A stretch of 64,000 bases of DNA from Botryllus schlosseri (lineage: Eukaryota): positions 32,056,001 to 32,120,000 of the forward strand of contig CM119371.1 of NCBI GenBank assembly GCA_051294905.1, given 5' to 3'. Numbering within the stretch: the stretch's first letter is position 1; every line of letters starts with the position of its first letter. Under the pieces are notes generated by a model. It did not search any database. It saw only the letters and a list, made by a program, of their open reading frames with translations, and was not told the origin of the DNA. Both the position numbers and the translations under genes were made by a program. Below, one piece after another: positions 1 through 11,800 of this stretch.

Positions 1-570
1 AGTCGCAAGGCTCAGAGTCACAAGTCAATCTCACTTTTGCGATTCGACTCGAGTCAAGTCGAGTCATTTTCAAGTTCAAGTCCAAGTCAGCGTGCAACGA
101 GTCGAGTCCGAGGCATGCTATTCTGACTCGAGTCCGAGTCTTTGCGTTAACTGCTCAGTTTCCAGTTAAGGTCCTGATAAACCCACTTTTTATAACTCTG
201 TTAGGTGATATCGATAGTTCGCATTTTTAATATACTGATTTTCCTCACTTTTAGCAGTTTTGGTCGCATTTTCAAGTACCAGTACCAATAGAAAAAATCC
301 CAATATTGCAGTTACGTTACTATTCTTTGAAATTACAATGAAATGTCAGTCATAGAATTCCGAGTCTTGAGTCAAATGACTCAGTTCGGGTCGTGCGCAA
401 TGACTCGATTCCAAGTCGAGTCAATCCATACATCGACCCAAGTCGAGCTGACTTGGACTCGGACTTGACTCGGTGGTGAATTGAAAATGACTCGACTTGA
501 CCCGAGTCAAAATTATGAAAATGGGATTGACTTATGACTCGGTGCCTTGTGACTTAATGTTACAACCCTG
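1..570. mobile_element. MITE family A (hAT-like CAGGG terminus, rich in GACTC/GAGTC); near-complete copy
   Basis: Bases 1-75 are the inverted complement of ~480-555, and the element ends TTACAACCCTG at 570. Related fragments lie at ~3930-4050, 13967-14097, 16870-17298, 20727-21120, 32815-33195, 37585-37742, 55995-56109 and 58835-59643. Confidence 0.75.
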
Positions 571-802
571 ATGATCATATTATTCAAATCAGTATTTGCA
601 AACATCATGGCAGTTAAGAATTCACTGCAATGTCCAAGATACAGAATTTAAGGACATAGAATGACATGGAATTATAGCAATACAGACTTTAGGCGACAAT
701 CTCCATAACATTACCATGTCTAGAATGCCCTTAATGCAAGTGAATCAGTCTCAATATTCATATAGCGTATGGCTCAATTTACAACAAGTCTATAATTTTC
801 AG

Positions 803-3800
803 AATGAAGCTAGGCCTCACGGAGGACGACACGCTATGCAGCTGTATCATAGACTTAAACATGGAGCCTCTCAGCTACTGCCTACGACAAAACGCCACTG
901 TCAAAATGAGAATTCTCGACAAATGCATCAACCAGTAAGGATTGAACCCCGCACCTTAACATAACGCAGATCTTACAAGATTTGTATTCAGAGCTAATGT
1001 ACTCTTGGAAAGCTGCTACTACCAGAGAAACAGATGAAATGTCGTGAAACTAATCGGAAAAACTGTTTTTAATTCACTACTGATTATATTTCATGTATTT
1101 ATTAGGAATACACTCTTAAAACGTGTATTGAAGTTCCACAACCCAAAAACTATTCGGTTTTCAGGCACGAGGAAACCACAATTATCATGTCCCGTCATTT
1201 CTCGTGGACAAGAATACCGACTAGGATAGAGTCCAGGCAAATCAATGGGGAGAAGCATTACTACGCCGTGACAGAGTCACAAGTATTCGGTAAGGTGTAC
1301 GAACGATATTATACGCATTATTCATGTCTTTCGTGATTAGTTAGCCTTTAAAAATCAAAATAACTCCAAAATGCAATCACGACAAGTCTATGCAACAAAA
1401 CACTCCTATTTTTAGACAAACTTAGTCCTAGACTTTGCTGGAGCCTCTTAGATATAACACCTGCCGAGCGTGGTTCTGTAAAACCTACCAACTAGACCGT
1501 TGACCGTAGAATATCTTCTGAAAGAAATCTAGCTTCAATTCGGTTCGCTAGATTCTGTCATACTGTCAAATTTCGATAAATCACCGCAATTTTCAATGTA
1601 TAACGCGCATAATTTTACCGATATTTGCCCTAAAACCGAGAGATGGGTACAACAATTCTTGAAAAAAATCTCCCTCGAAATAAAAGTTATTGAAATCACA
1701 ACTTTCTTCATGTTTATTGTTAATCGCGCATCACACTCGGCCACTCTTCTCCGTAATTCGTATCATCATTGTTAGGCGCTGTCAATTTGAGAGAGGCGTG
1801 TTACCAATTAGTGAGATTGGTCTGCGCGGCACAACAGCACGCGTTGTGCGCGAGCGAAATAAGCTCATCGATTGCTGCGCGCGCATTCCTCGCTAAGTTA
1901 TCGCGTCATACAACAGGCCTGAACAATCGCATCTACAACAGGCCTCTTGCGCATCTCCAGGAGGCCTGGTGCGAAAGAAATAATCGTTGTTGGCCTGAGC
2001 AATCGCATCTGTAATAGGCCTCTTGCGCAAGATATCGTCGCTTGCCTGAACTATCACGTCGCCGGCCTCGCAGGCTTCGGCTGCTATCTACAAGCGTTTA
2101 GAGACAATGCCGTTAAGTGTATAGCGATCTCTGCAAATACTAAACCATAAACATCGCTAGTAACTTATCATACGTGCAAGTTTGTCAACACGACAAGCTT
2201 GCATAATCGCCATTCACACATGAACTATGCATGTACTGCTCGTGCAGGGTGCATACTATACATGGGCACAGGCTTTTCCCTAGAATCTACATGCCATTTT
2301 CAGGGCATTATGCATGGGGACGTATTATACATGGAATATCACGGTATAAATTTATTCTCAATTTCTTAATCAGTTAATTCCTCCAATCAATGAACAATTT
2401 ATGATTGAGAAATTGAAGTGTGCTTGATGCGGAACACGACGGGCCGGCTATTCTGACCGTCTCCGTGTTGTATTCAGGAAAGATTGCCGTTATCAACACA
2501 CAGAAAATGGATCGTTTTGTGATAACACAAGCCGGTGGCAATTTCCAATCTACCATCGACCCAGGTAAGATTCGAGTAAGCTTAGGCCTATGCTAAATTA
2601 GAACATGGTTGACTCCAATGGTAGCCTGAATCGAACGTACATTTGAAATTTAGGTGTCAGTATCAAATTGCAAGAAGACCAGCTATCGGGTCACCCTCCG
2701 CAGATGGTGGAAATGATCGTCAGGAACATATGTGAAGACGCGGTGAAGCAGACCAGTAAAGAAATGCCATGCGTGAGAGGTATGGCGGTGCATGGATGAA
2801 GTTTACTAGTGTTAAATTTATGCTACTTCAAATTATATCAAATATCCGACACAAATTTTACTTTGGCATTGGCTCAATTCCAGGGTATAGAAGCGAACAT
2901 AATTTTAGTTCGAAAATTTTTAATTCTTTTTTTTTATTTTCAAAATTTACTGCCAACCCCATGAATTTGTTGAATAGATTTCAAAAATAACTTTTTTCTT
3001 CAAATTATACTGCATATTGGATCAAAACGTAAGCTTGGCGAAAAAATAAGCTACATACCATATTTGGCTCAATTCCAAGGTATAGAAGCGAATGTTTGAG
3101 AATTTTTGAATTATTTTCAAAAAAAAAATTCAAAAATTCACTGCCAATCCCATGAATTTGTTAAGTAGGGTTTAAAAAATAAATTTTTTCTGCAAATTAT
3201 ACTGATTTTCGACAAAATTGTAAGTTTAGCCAAAAAAACGTTGCACATCATATTTGGCTCAATTCAATGTTTAAAATTTTGGATTTGAAACAATAGGTAG
3301 TATTTATGGTTGTCAGTTTGAAAAATTAGGATTGAGAATTTCGACCATACATACTATTTATTCCAAATCCATCCAAACCAAATCCATCCAAACATTTTAT
3401 TAATAAATTCAAAAGTTCTTTCTTATACAGCAATGCTCCTATAGGTTGGAATCGAGCCAGAATTGGCGTGCAGCCCTAAATTCCAATCATACAACAGGTG
3501 CTTATGGAAAGTTAGTCGGGGCCTGCCAGATCATCGAAATCAGCAAGGACACAATGGCACAGTCAGGCAGAATGAAGCACGGCATACGCTTTCCAGAAGC
3601 CATAACGCTATCTCTCCCTGTACCAAAACCTGCGATCAATTACTCTTCGGAAGCGGCTCCAAAACGAAAAGTGTTGATAATGCGAAAGCATACGAATCCA
3701 AGCTACAACACCATCGACGGCTACAGACACAATCCAAACGCGTACTCAAGGAAGATGGGTCACACTTGGAAAGATATCACATATAAAAACAGGTGGGAAG

Positions 3801-6800
3801 TTATGAATTTAATGGTCACTCACAAAATGATGACCAATTCAGATTTTTGAATTGAGTAAATTTGAAAATCTTGGTTATTTTGAATCTCTGGCATTGCGAG
3901 CAGACACTCAGACGACTCTAGATGTACAACTAGACTAATTAGCAGGATTGTGATGACTCGAGTCATATTGTCAAATGCGTAAAATGACTCGACTTGAGTC
4001 AATTTTTGTGTTGACTCGACTGGTACTCGAGTCATTGTGCATGACTCAAACTAATTCTAGTCTAATTTGGAAAAAAATGTGTAGCTATCATTCTAATTCT
4101 AATCAAATTTGGCAAAAAACTGCGTAGCTATCATGCTAATTTTAGTCTAATTTGGAAAAAATTTGTAGCTATCATACTAATTCTAATCCAATTTGGCAAA
4201 AACTGTGTAGCTATAATTCTAATTCTAGTCTAATTTGGTAATAAATGTGTAGCCATCATTCAAATTCTAGTCTAATTTGAAAATTTGTGTAGCTATCATT
4301 CTAATTCCAACCTTATTTGAAAAAAAATTGTGTAGCTATAATTTTAATTCCAGTCTAATTTGGAAAAAAATGTATAGCTAATAGTTATCATTCTAATTCT
4401 AATCGAATTTGGCAAAAACTGTGTAGTTATCATTCTAATTTTAGTCTAATTTGGAGAAAAAAATGTGTAGCTATTATTCTAATTCTAGTCTAATTTGGCA
4501 AAAGTTGTGTAGCTATAATTCTAATTCTATTATAAATTAAAAAGACCTGAGAAGCTGCTACAGTGTTGGCAAAATCGCACCGCATCTACAACCGACACTA
4601 GCTTGACAATTTCAAGTAAAAATCCCATTATTTCAACACGTATAATATCGACAACACTCCCAAATATTAGATTATAAAGATAAATCACAGTACTTGACCA
4701 GAATTTCTCGAATATATGTGACTAAAACTAGCATTTTTTTCATGTTTGAGATGAATCATCATTAAAAATTGGAAAAACGCATTAAAAAAAGAAGTGTCCC
4801 GTTGTATAAGACACGCAATTGACCGAAGATCCATAGCCGAGCCATAAAATGTATGGCATGATATTGCTCCTACAATACACCAATTTATATCTTTAGACGG
4901 GCTGCTGATGGCGTTATGTTCGAGCCGGACGAAAAAATAAACTTGGAGGTAACTGTGCCGGGGCTGTACATGGTATTAGCCATGGAAGAAGACCTGGACT
5001 CTGGAGAGGGCGACTCAGAATTGGGCCTGAACGACTTGGCAAACGGCATAGCCGAAACCAACCGCGAACACAAAGCCTGCGTCATGATACACCAAAAGAT
5101 ATCTCAAGAATCAATAATAAGTGAGTTACTGTATGGTATCAAACAAAGTTTTTGTGGTCAAAGTAGCCAGCATTGGAACTATGAGTAAAAATAGTAGATC
5201 AAAATTGCATTACAACCACACAGCTATACATATGGCTCTTTGAACTAACTAACTAACTACAGTAAATAGCAATCTTTACATCGAAATTGCATTACATTCA
5301 CACAGCTATACACATGGTAACCTGCGATGCCGTGGAGCCAATATCAAAGGCGATGGTTTCTTCAAAAACCTGGAAAAAGGTCTACCAGAGCAAGGAACTA
5401 TACATGCGCGAATGGCAGAAAATTCAGTTGGAGTTCAAAGGCGACCTCAAGCTTACCGTGAACCAAATGACGCCGGAACTGAGGTTTTACTCAAAGCGAT
5501 GGCAGGGATATCAGGTAATTTAGTCTAGAGTTATCAAAACACTGGCGTCTAGCATGCAATTAGACTAGAAACCTTCAAGTTTATCAAAATTAGATTAGAA
5601 TTAGAATTATAGCTATTATTTTTTCTCAAATTACACTAGAATTAGAATTATAGCTCTACTGCTTTTGCCAAATAAGATTAGAATTACAATTATAGCCGCA
5701 CAGTTTTTGCAAAATCAGACTAAAATTAGAATGATACCTCCACATTTTCCAAATTTTATTACAATTACTGAATTATTAAAAAAAATTGAAATCGAATAAA
5801 CATTCCCTATCAAAGCCTCCCTACGTTTCAGTTTCAATTGGAAGCTACCGCAGAGTCATTCGCAAAACAAGCCGAAACAGTCACAGGCACCATCGAATTC
5901 GTAGAAGCTGAAAGCCAGTCTGCGCGCAAGACCAAATCAGCGGCAAGCGTCCGGAATGACCAGGACGGTAACTGCGTGTGCAAGGCCTCTATCGAGATTG
6001 AACACGAGATGGCGAAACCTTTCAAACCAACGGTCGTTATCAAAGAAGTGCCAAAAGGTAATATTGTGGTAGGAATAGTAAAAATTTTGCAGTACTACGA
6101 AAGATACTTTCCTACATTCTCGGGTAGAAAATGTCTGTCCCTACTAAGTATCTTGCCAAGAATGGAGAAAGAACGTTCAACAGCAGCAGTTGTTGGCTGA
6201 CAACACTCAAGTTGTGCGTGCACTGCTGGTGACAAACCGTGTTGCTTCATTGTCTACATCACAATTTTTCATCATGCGGGTCTCGATATAAGAACCAATG
6301 CCCACGCAGTCTTGCTTCAGTTGGGATATTGCGGTACGTTGAGCACAACACCATGTCAACCTATTTGTTTCATTTGAACGCTTATGATTCACAATGAGCA
6401 GACAATGGGCCGTCTACAACGGTAGGCCTATAAAGTAGGCTACAAGCTGTAAAATGTCAAGTGATAAGATCACCGACAGTGCAAACATCTACGATACAAA
6501 CGAAATGCAGGCTGCAAAAATTTTTGACTTTGTAAACAATTTTGACAATTTTTTGACCTAACGCTACAATTTTGACAGAATTTTGACTTGTTTTGTAATG
6601 TCAAAAAAATGGCCCTACTTATAAGGTTATTGCTTACAAAACATATTTTGGCAATATCAAAATTAGACACTGGTAAACCAGAAAGGAGGTTATCAGATTG
6701 CTGTAAAGATTTCAGAGGTTTTTTATTCAAACAATTCTAGCTTTTTAGTTTCCAATTCTCTACTAGTTGCTGACGATTACCCCTGATGAGTGTTACCCAA

Positions 6801-7079
6801 AAATATCCCAGTTCATTTCAATATGTAGCCTGCACATTAGGCCTACTCAATTGTATATTGAAGCTTTTTACCTCGTAGAAGCTCTTGAAAATATATTCCT
6901 TACTAAATGCATTCACTTACACAATCAAAACACAGCTGAGAAACTACAGCTTCAAGCACAAAGTGAATTAAAGCAATTCTTCCTTTCCAGTTCCGATATA
7001 TCGCGAATATAAAATGAAATGGCTGCAACATCTGTCTCAAGAAGATATCAAACGTTACAAGGCAGCCCACGGCATCTAA
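803..7079 (+). CDS. Spliced ZU5-ZU5-UPA domain protein (ankyrin/PIDD/DTHD1-like supramodule) without a death domain; nested antisense in an LRP1 intron; 5' end possibly incomplete
   Basis: Nine GT-AG exons in consistent phase: 803-934, 1165-1289, 2478-2564, 2654-2779, 3498-3792, 4897-5120, 5306-5514, 5832-6057, 6991-7079 (TAA). 503 aa from the ATG at 804. ZU5-like motifs: LTEDDTLCSCIIDL, GKIAVINTQKMDRFVITQAGGNFQSTIDPGVSI, IRFPEAITLSLPVPK, WKDIT. UPA-like motifs: KVYQSKELYMREWQKIQLEFKGDL, LRFYSKR, TGTIEF, CVCKASIEI. Confidence 0.85.
6060..6600 (+). repeat. Dispersed repeat family G
   Basis: Core GAACGTTCAACAGCAGCAGTTGTTGGCTGACAACACTCAAG recurs at ~10220-11100 (reverse), ~33830-34600 and ~42480-43160. 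Confidence 0.8.
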
Positions 7080-7417
7080 CTACGTCTGCAAGTATCAGAG
7101 ATGGCTTGAGAGCTCGGAAGATCTGCAGATCGCGACGATAAACTAATACTTTTACAATACAAACAAATGTATCAGACGACTACAAAGTATTGGTGTTTTA
7201 AGCAACATAATATACCAATATTTGTGTTTGCATTCGGCTTTATTAGCTATCTGCTTCCGTCCTGACATGGACTGTATGATTTATTTCTAGAGAGCGTCTT
7301 TTGATAACAATTTTCAATGTGAATGCTAGATTATTCGTGCTTTCTTTAACAATGATGCACATGTGTTTATAAAAAGCTACTACTTATACTCTACGATTAG
7401 ACACTGCTTTATATGGT

Positions 7418-7423
7418 AATAAA
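7418..7423 (+). terminator. Polyadenylation signal AATAAA of the nested gene
   Basis: AATAAA about 340 nt after the stop codon at 7079 and just before a satellite array. Confidence 0.55.
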
Positions 7424-7479
7424 CACAAAATTATTGCATATTAATTCGAAGGCTTGTCTCTTACGATTATAGCTTTATA

Positions 7480-8623
7480 GGTTTTTCCAAATTAGATTAG
7501 AATTAGAATGATAGTTACACATTTTTTTTCCTAAAATTAAACTAGAATTAGAATTATAGCTACACACTTTATTCCGAATTAGATTAAAATTATAATTACA
7601 GACTCAATTTTTTTCCAAATTAGAATAGAATTAGCATTAAAGGCTGTATATATTTTATAGCTACACATTTTATTCAGATTACATCAAAATCATAATTACA
7701 GACCCACCGTTTTTTCCAAATTAGACTAGAAGTAGGATTATAGCTTCACATTTTATTCCAAATTAGATTAGAAGTAGAATTATAGCTGCACTTTCATTTC
7801 ATGTTATATTAAAATTACAATTATAGCTAGGCCTACATGTTATTTTACCAAATTTGAATAAAATACAATTATAGCTACATAGCGCACATGTTTTTCTCAA
7901 ATTTGACGAGAATTATAATTATAGCTACACATTTTATTCTAAATTAGATTACAAGTAGAATTAAAGCTGCACTTTCAGTTCACGTTATACTAAAATTACA
8001 ATTATAGCTAGGCCTACATGTTTTTTTTTACCAAATTAGAATAAAATACAATTATAGCTACATAGTACACATTCTTTTCTTAAATTAGACTAGAATTATA
8101 ATTATAGCTATGCATTTTATTGTAAATTAGATTAAAATTACAATTACAGCCATACACTTTTTCCAAATAAGACTAGAATTAGAATTATAGCTACACATTT
8201 CATTTCCAATTAGATTATAATTATAGCTGCATATTTTTCAAAATTAGATTACAAGTAGAATTATAGAGATACAGCTTTTTCAGATCAGACTAGAATTAGA
8301 TTTAGAGCTACACGCTTTTTCCAACTTAAATTAGAATTAGAACAATAGCTATGCATTTTTTTGTCTAAAATGAACTACAATTTAAATTATAGCCACACAT
8401 TTGATTCCAAAGTAGATTAAAATCACAATTATAGCTACATAGTTTTTATCCAAATGTGATTACAATTAATAGCTTGTATCAAATCATAGTTTAATGTCAG
8501 GTAAACCACAAATTAGATTAGAATTAATATTACAGCATAGAAACATTTTGCAAGTTAGATAAACAGCATTTCGATTTAATTAGCCTAATTATACAACCAG
8601 AATCATACAGTTGTCCAAGTCTG
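7480..8623 (+). repeat. Minisatellite family B (~40-bp unit TTCCAAATTAGATTAGAATTAGAATTATAGCTACACAG)
   Basis: Degenerate tandem array. Other arrays at ~4050-4540(rev), 5520-5790, 9050-9410(rev), 12773-13360, 25751-26460, 29040-30080, 31226-32533, 33210-33530, 35040-36920, 47760-48710(rev), 56645-57600. Confidence 0.9.
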
Positions 8624-8812
8624 GTGCCTTACGCCCTAGGGGTCCACTTAAACACCCCTGCATCCAACGAAATATTCTAATAATTGCAGCTTACAATACA
8701 TTATGTAAAAAATTACCGACTAATTCTCTGGCTAATTTTCCACCTCTCTCTCTTATCGCATAAAGCGAAACATAAATATTTTAATTATTTTTTTTGATAC
8801 TCTTAAACTCAC

Positions 8813-11800
8813 CCTGAGCATTCGTACAGGACCAACGCTCTCAGCCTGTCCTCGTCCAGTAGCCCGGTCACGACAACCTGCTTGTCGTAGGCGCCGCGTC
8901 TGGTCTGGTCCAGGGAATGGCGTGAAATTGTGGCAGACCTGAAGCCGGTCCAGTACAGGGCGTCTTCGCCGTGGTGGTACGCTATGCCCTCGACTGCGTC
9001 TACGTCTGAAAATATAAGGGCAGTGTCAAAGGTTCAAGGACCGCTCAAAATTTCAATTCTAATTCAATTTGGAAAAAAATGTGAAGCTATAATTCTAATT
9101 TTAACCTAATTTGGAAAAAACTGTAGCTTTAATTCAAATTCTAATCTAATTCGGAAAAATACGTAGCTATAATTCTAAATTTTAATCTAATTTGGAAATA
9201 AACTGTGTTGCCATAACTTTAATTCTGATCAAATTTGGAAAAAAAACTGCGTAGCTCTAATTCTAATTTTGAACTAATTTGGAAAAACTGTGTAGCTATA
9301 ACCCTAATTTTAATGTAGTTTAGAAAAAAATGTGTAGCAATAACTTCAATCGTAATCTAATTTGAAAAATGTGTAGCTATAATTCTAATATTAATCTAAT
9401 TTGGTTAAGCTGTCTTCATAAAACCCACCGTGCACGACGGGCTTCGGCACACGCAGTTTCGCGTCGCGTTCCCTGGGGTTGACCACGTAAATAGCGCTGG
9501 CGCGCATGTCGCTGTAAAACAGCCGTGACTTGGAGAAGTCCTGCGCCAGGGCTATCACCGACTTTATGAACGATTGGTGCTGAAAGGAAATAAAAACAGA
9601 TTATTATCAGGGGTGTTTTTTCGGACCTGTCCTACGTCTCAAACTATACGCTGGCGCTATAACTTGAGCTGCACTTAGGCATTAGGGCTGTAAAAAAAAA
9701 AAAGTTTTTCCAAATTTCACGGTTATAGTGGTTAGATTGATACTTAAGAAGACTCTTGGAACAGATTTAACATTCATATCTCCGAAATAAGGTGTGAAAA
9801 AGACTCGGCTACCTGCATGCGTGGCACGGGTGCGTTCGGATCGCTGACGTTGTCCACGTCGATACTTTCGATGGTGTTGCCTCTCGAGAACACAACGTAG
9901 GAAGGATGCTCTGAAAATACCGAGGGTGCTGGCGTGTGTTTTAAATCGGACATCACGGGGTGCAATTAGAGCACCCTAGACATTTTGTTGTATATAAAAG
10001 AGAATACTGTACACTTGAATTTTGGGAATATACCTGTCTGCGGAAAAAACTGTACTTACCAATACAATTTGAAGAGTTTTTCGGGTCGATTTTGTTGAAA
10101 GAGCATTTACACTCGATGCCCTTGCCTGGTCCCTGATACATGCATATATGGGCGCAGCCACCTGCGATAACATTCACAGTTATTATCACCAATGCTACGC
10201 AAGGTTCTTAACAAAGCATTAGATTTGCCTGCTACAAAACTCTGAATGGCTTTTTTTTTTTTTGACATGTCAAAATTTGTCAAAATTTTGTCAAAATCGT
10301 TCATAAGTCCAATTTTTTTTGACGTTTGCATTTCGTTTGTATCGTAGATTTTCCACTATTGGTGAACTTATCATTTGATATTTTACTGCTTGCAGCCTAC
10401 TTTATACCGTTGCCTACCGTTGTAAACGGCTAATTGTCTGCTCATTGTGAATCATAAACGGTCAAATAAAACACATAAGTTGACATGGTGGTATGGTCAA
10501 CGTACCGCAATATCCTAACTGAAGCAAGACGGCGTGGGCATTGCATCGTTCTTATATTAAGAAGCGTGTGATGAAAAATTGTGATGTAGCCAACATTTTC
10601 AGAATGAAGCAACACGGTTTGTCACCAGTAGCGCACGCACAACTTGAGTGTTGTCAGCCAACAACTGCTGCTGTTGAACGTCCTTGGCAAGCTTCTTAAA
10701 AGAACATGCACTTTCTACCCAAGAATGTAGGAAAGTATATCTCGTACTACAAAAAACAGTAATTATTTCTACCCATAATACATATCGTAACCACTGGGAT
10801 TCTTCATAGGGCCAGATTTCGTTAAAATATTGGTTTTTTCATGTAAAAAGTTGCCTGTTTCTAAGCCAAAAACGTTTTTTCAGGCCTAACTACTTCGTTA
10901 GGACAGCCAGTTCCAACCAGAAATGAAGATAAGGGGTACAATTTTAACATTATTTTGGAAAACACCTAATTTGCATACGTTAGGTCAAAATTTGGTCAAA
11001 ATTCAGTTTGTTTAGGTCAAAAGTCAAAATTTTGATTTTTTTAGGTCAAAATTTTCCTTTTTTAGGTCAAATTTCGACACAATGTTACTAACGTCAAAAT
11101 AAAGGCTTATAGTCCAGAACAAATTGCAAAAAGACCAATATTACGTAGCGTAGCTTCCCCCGCAAACTTGTGCATTAAGTGCCGGAAGGTATGCAGTTGA
11201 AGAGCTATCACATAACGACATAATAGTATGTTGTAGTAACGACGGGCATTTTCAGTTTATTTCAATGTATAGCACTCACCAAATCAATGCTTAAATAACC
11301 GATATAGAATCTATAGAAGTATATGTGAATGCTTTTGGCGATGGTGAGATCCAGAGGTAGGCTAGTTAGCTTTACGTTTTCGTTACAAGTAGACTACTCT
11401 AGTGTTTTCAAGCGGCTCCGACATCCAAAAAGGTTGGGAACCCCTGTTCTACATCGAGGCCTATTATTAAACTAAATATACTTACCGTTATTAACGCTGC
11501 AAGGATTGGACCCCTCTTGTCTGTCCGGGCTGTATACCTGACAAAGAGATTCGTTTAGATTCAAATTTCGACATAAAACTTTGAAATACGGTGAAGAATT
11601 CGTAAAATTTGGCTCGGATTAAAATCACGAAACATACTTGAATTCCTCTGGAAGAAGTCCTACCGGCGACGCCGGGATGGTTGGCCACCTGCGTACAATT
11701 TTCTGGCAGATAACAGCTCGATATGCCCGCGTGAGCTCTAGAAGACAAAAACACATTACCGAAAATTAGTTGTAAATTGGAATTAGGACTTTAAGCTCAA

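Noticed and set aside
2345..2509. TATAAA at 2345 plus TCAGTT Inr-like motif and ATG at ~2507 as the start of the nested gene
   Set aside because: Upstream exons 803-934 and 1165-1289 splice in phase to the acceptor at 2477 and extend the ZU5 similarity, and three short upstream ORFs would precede that ATG.
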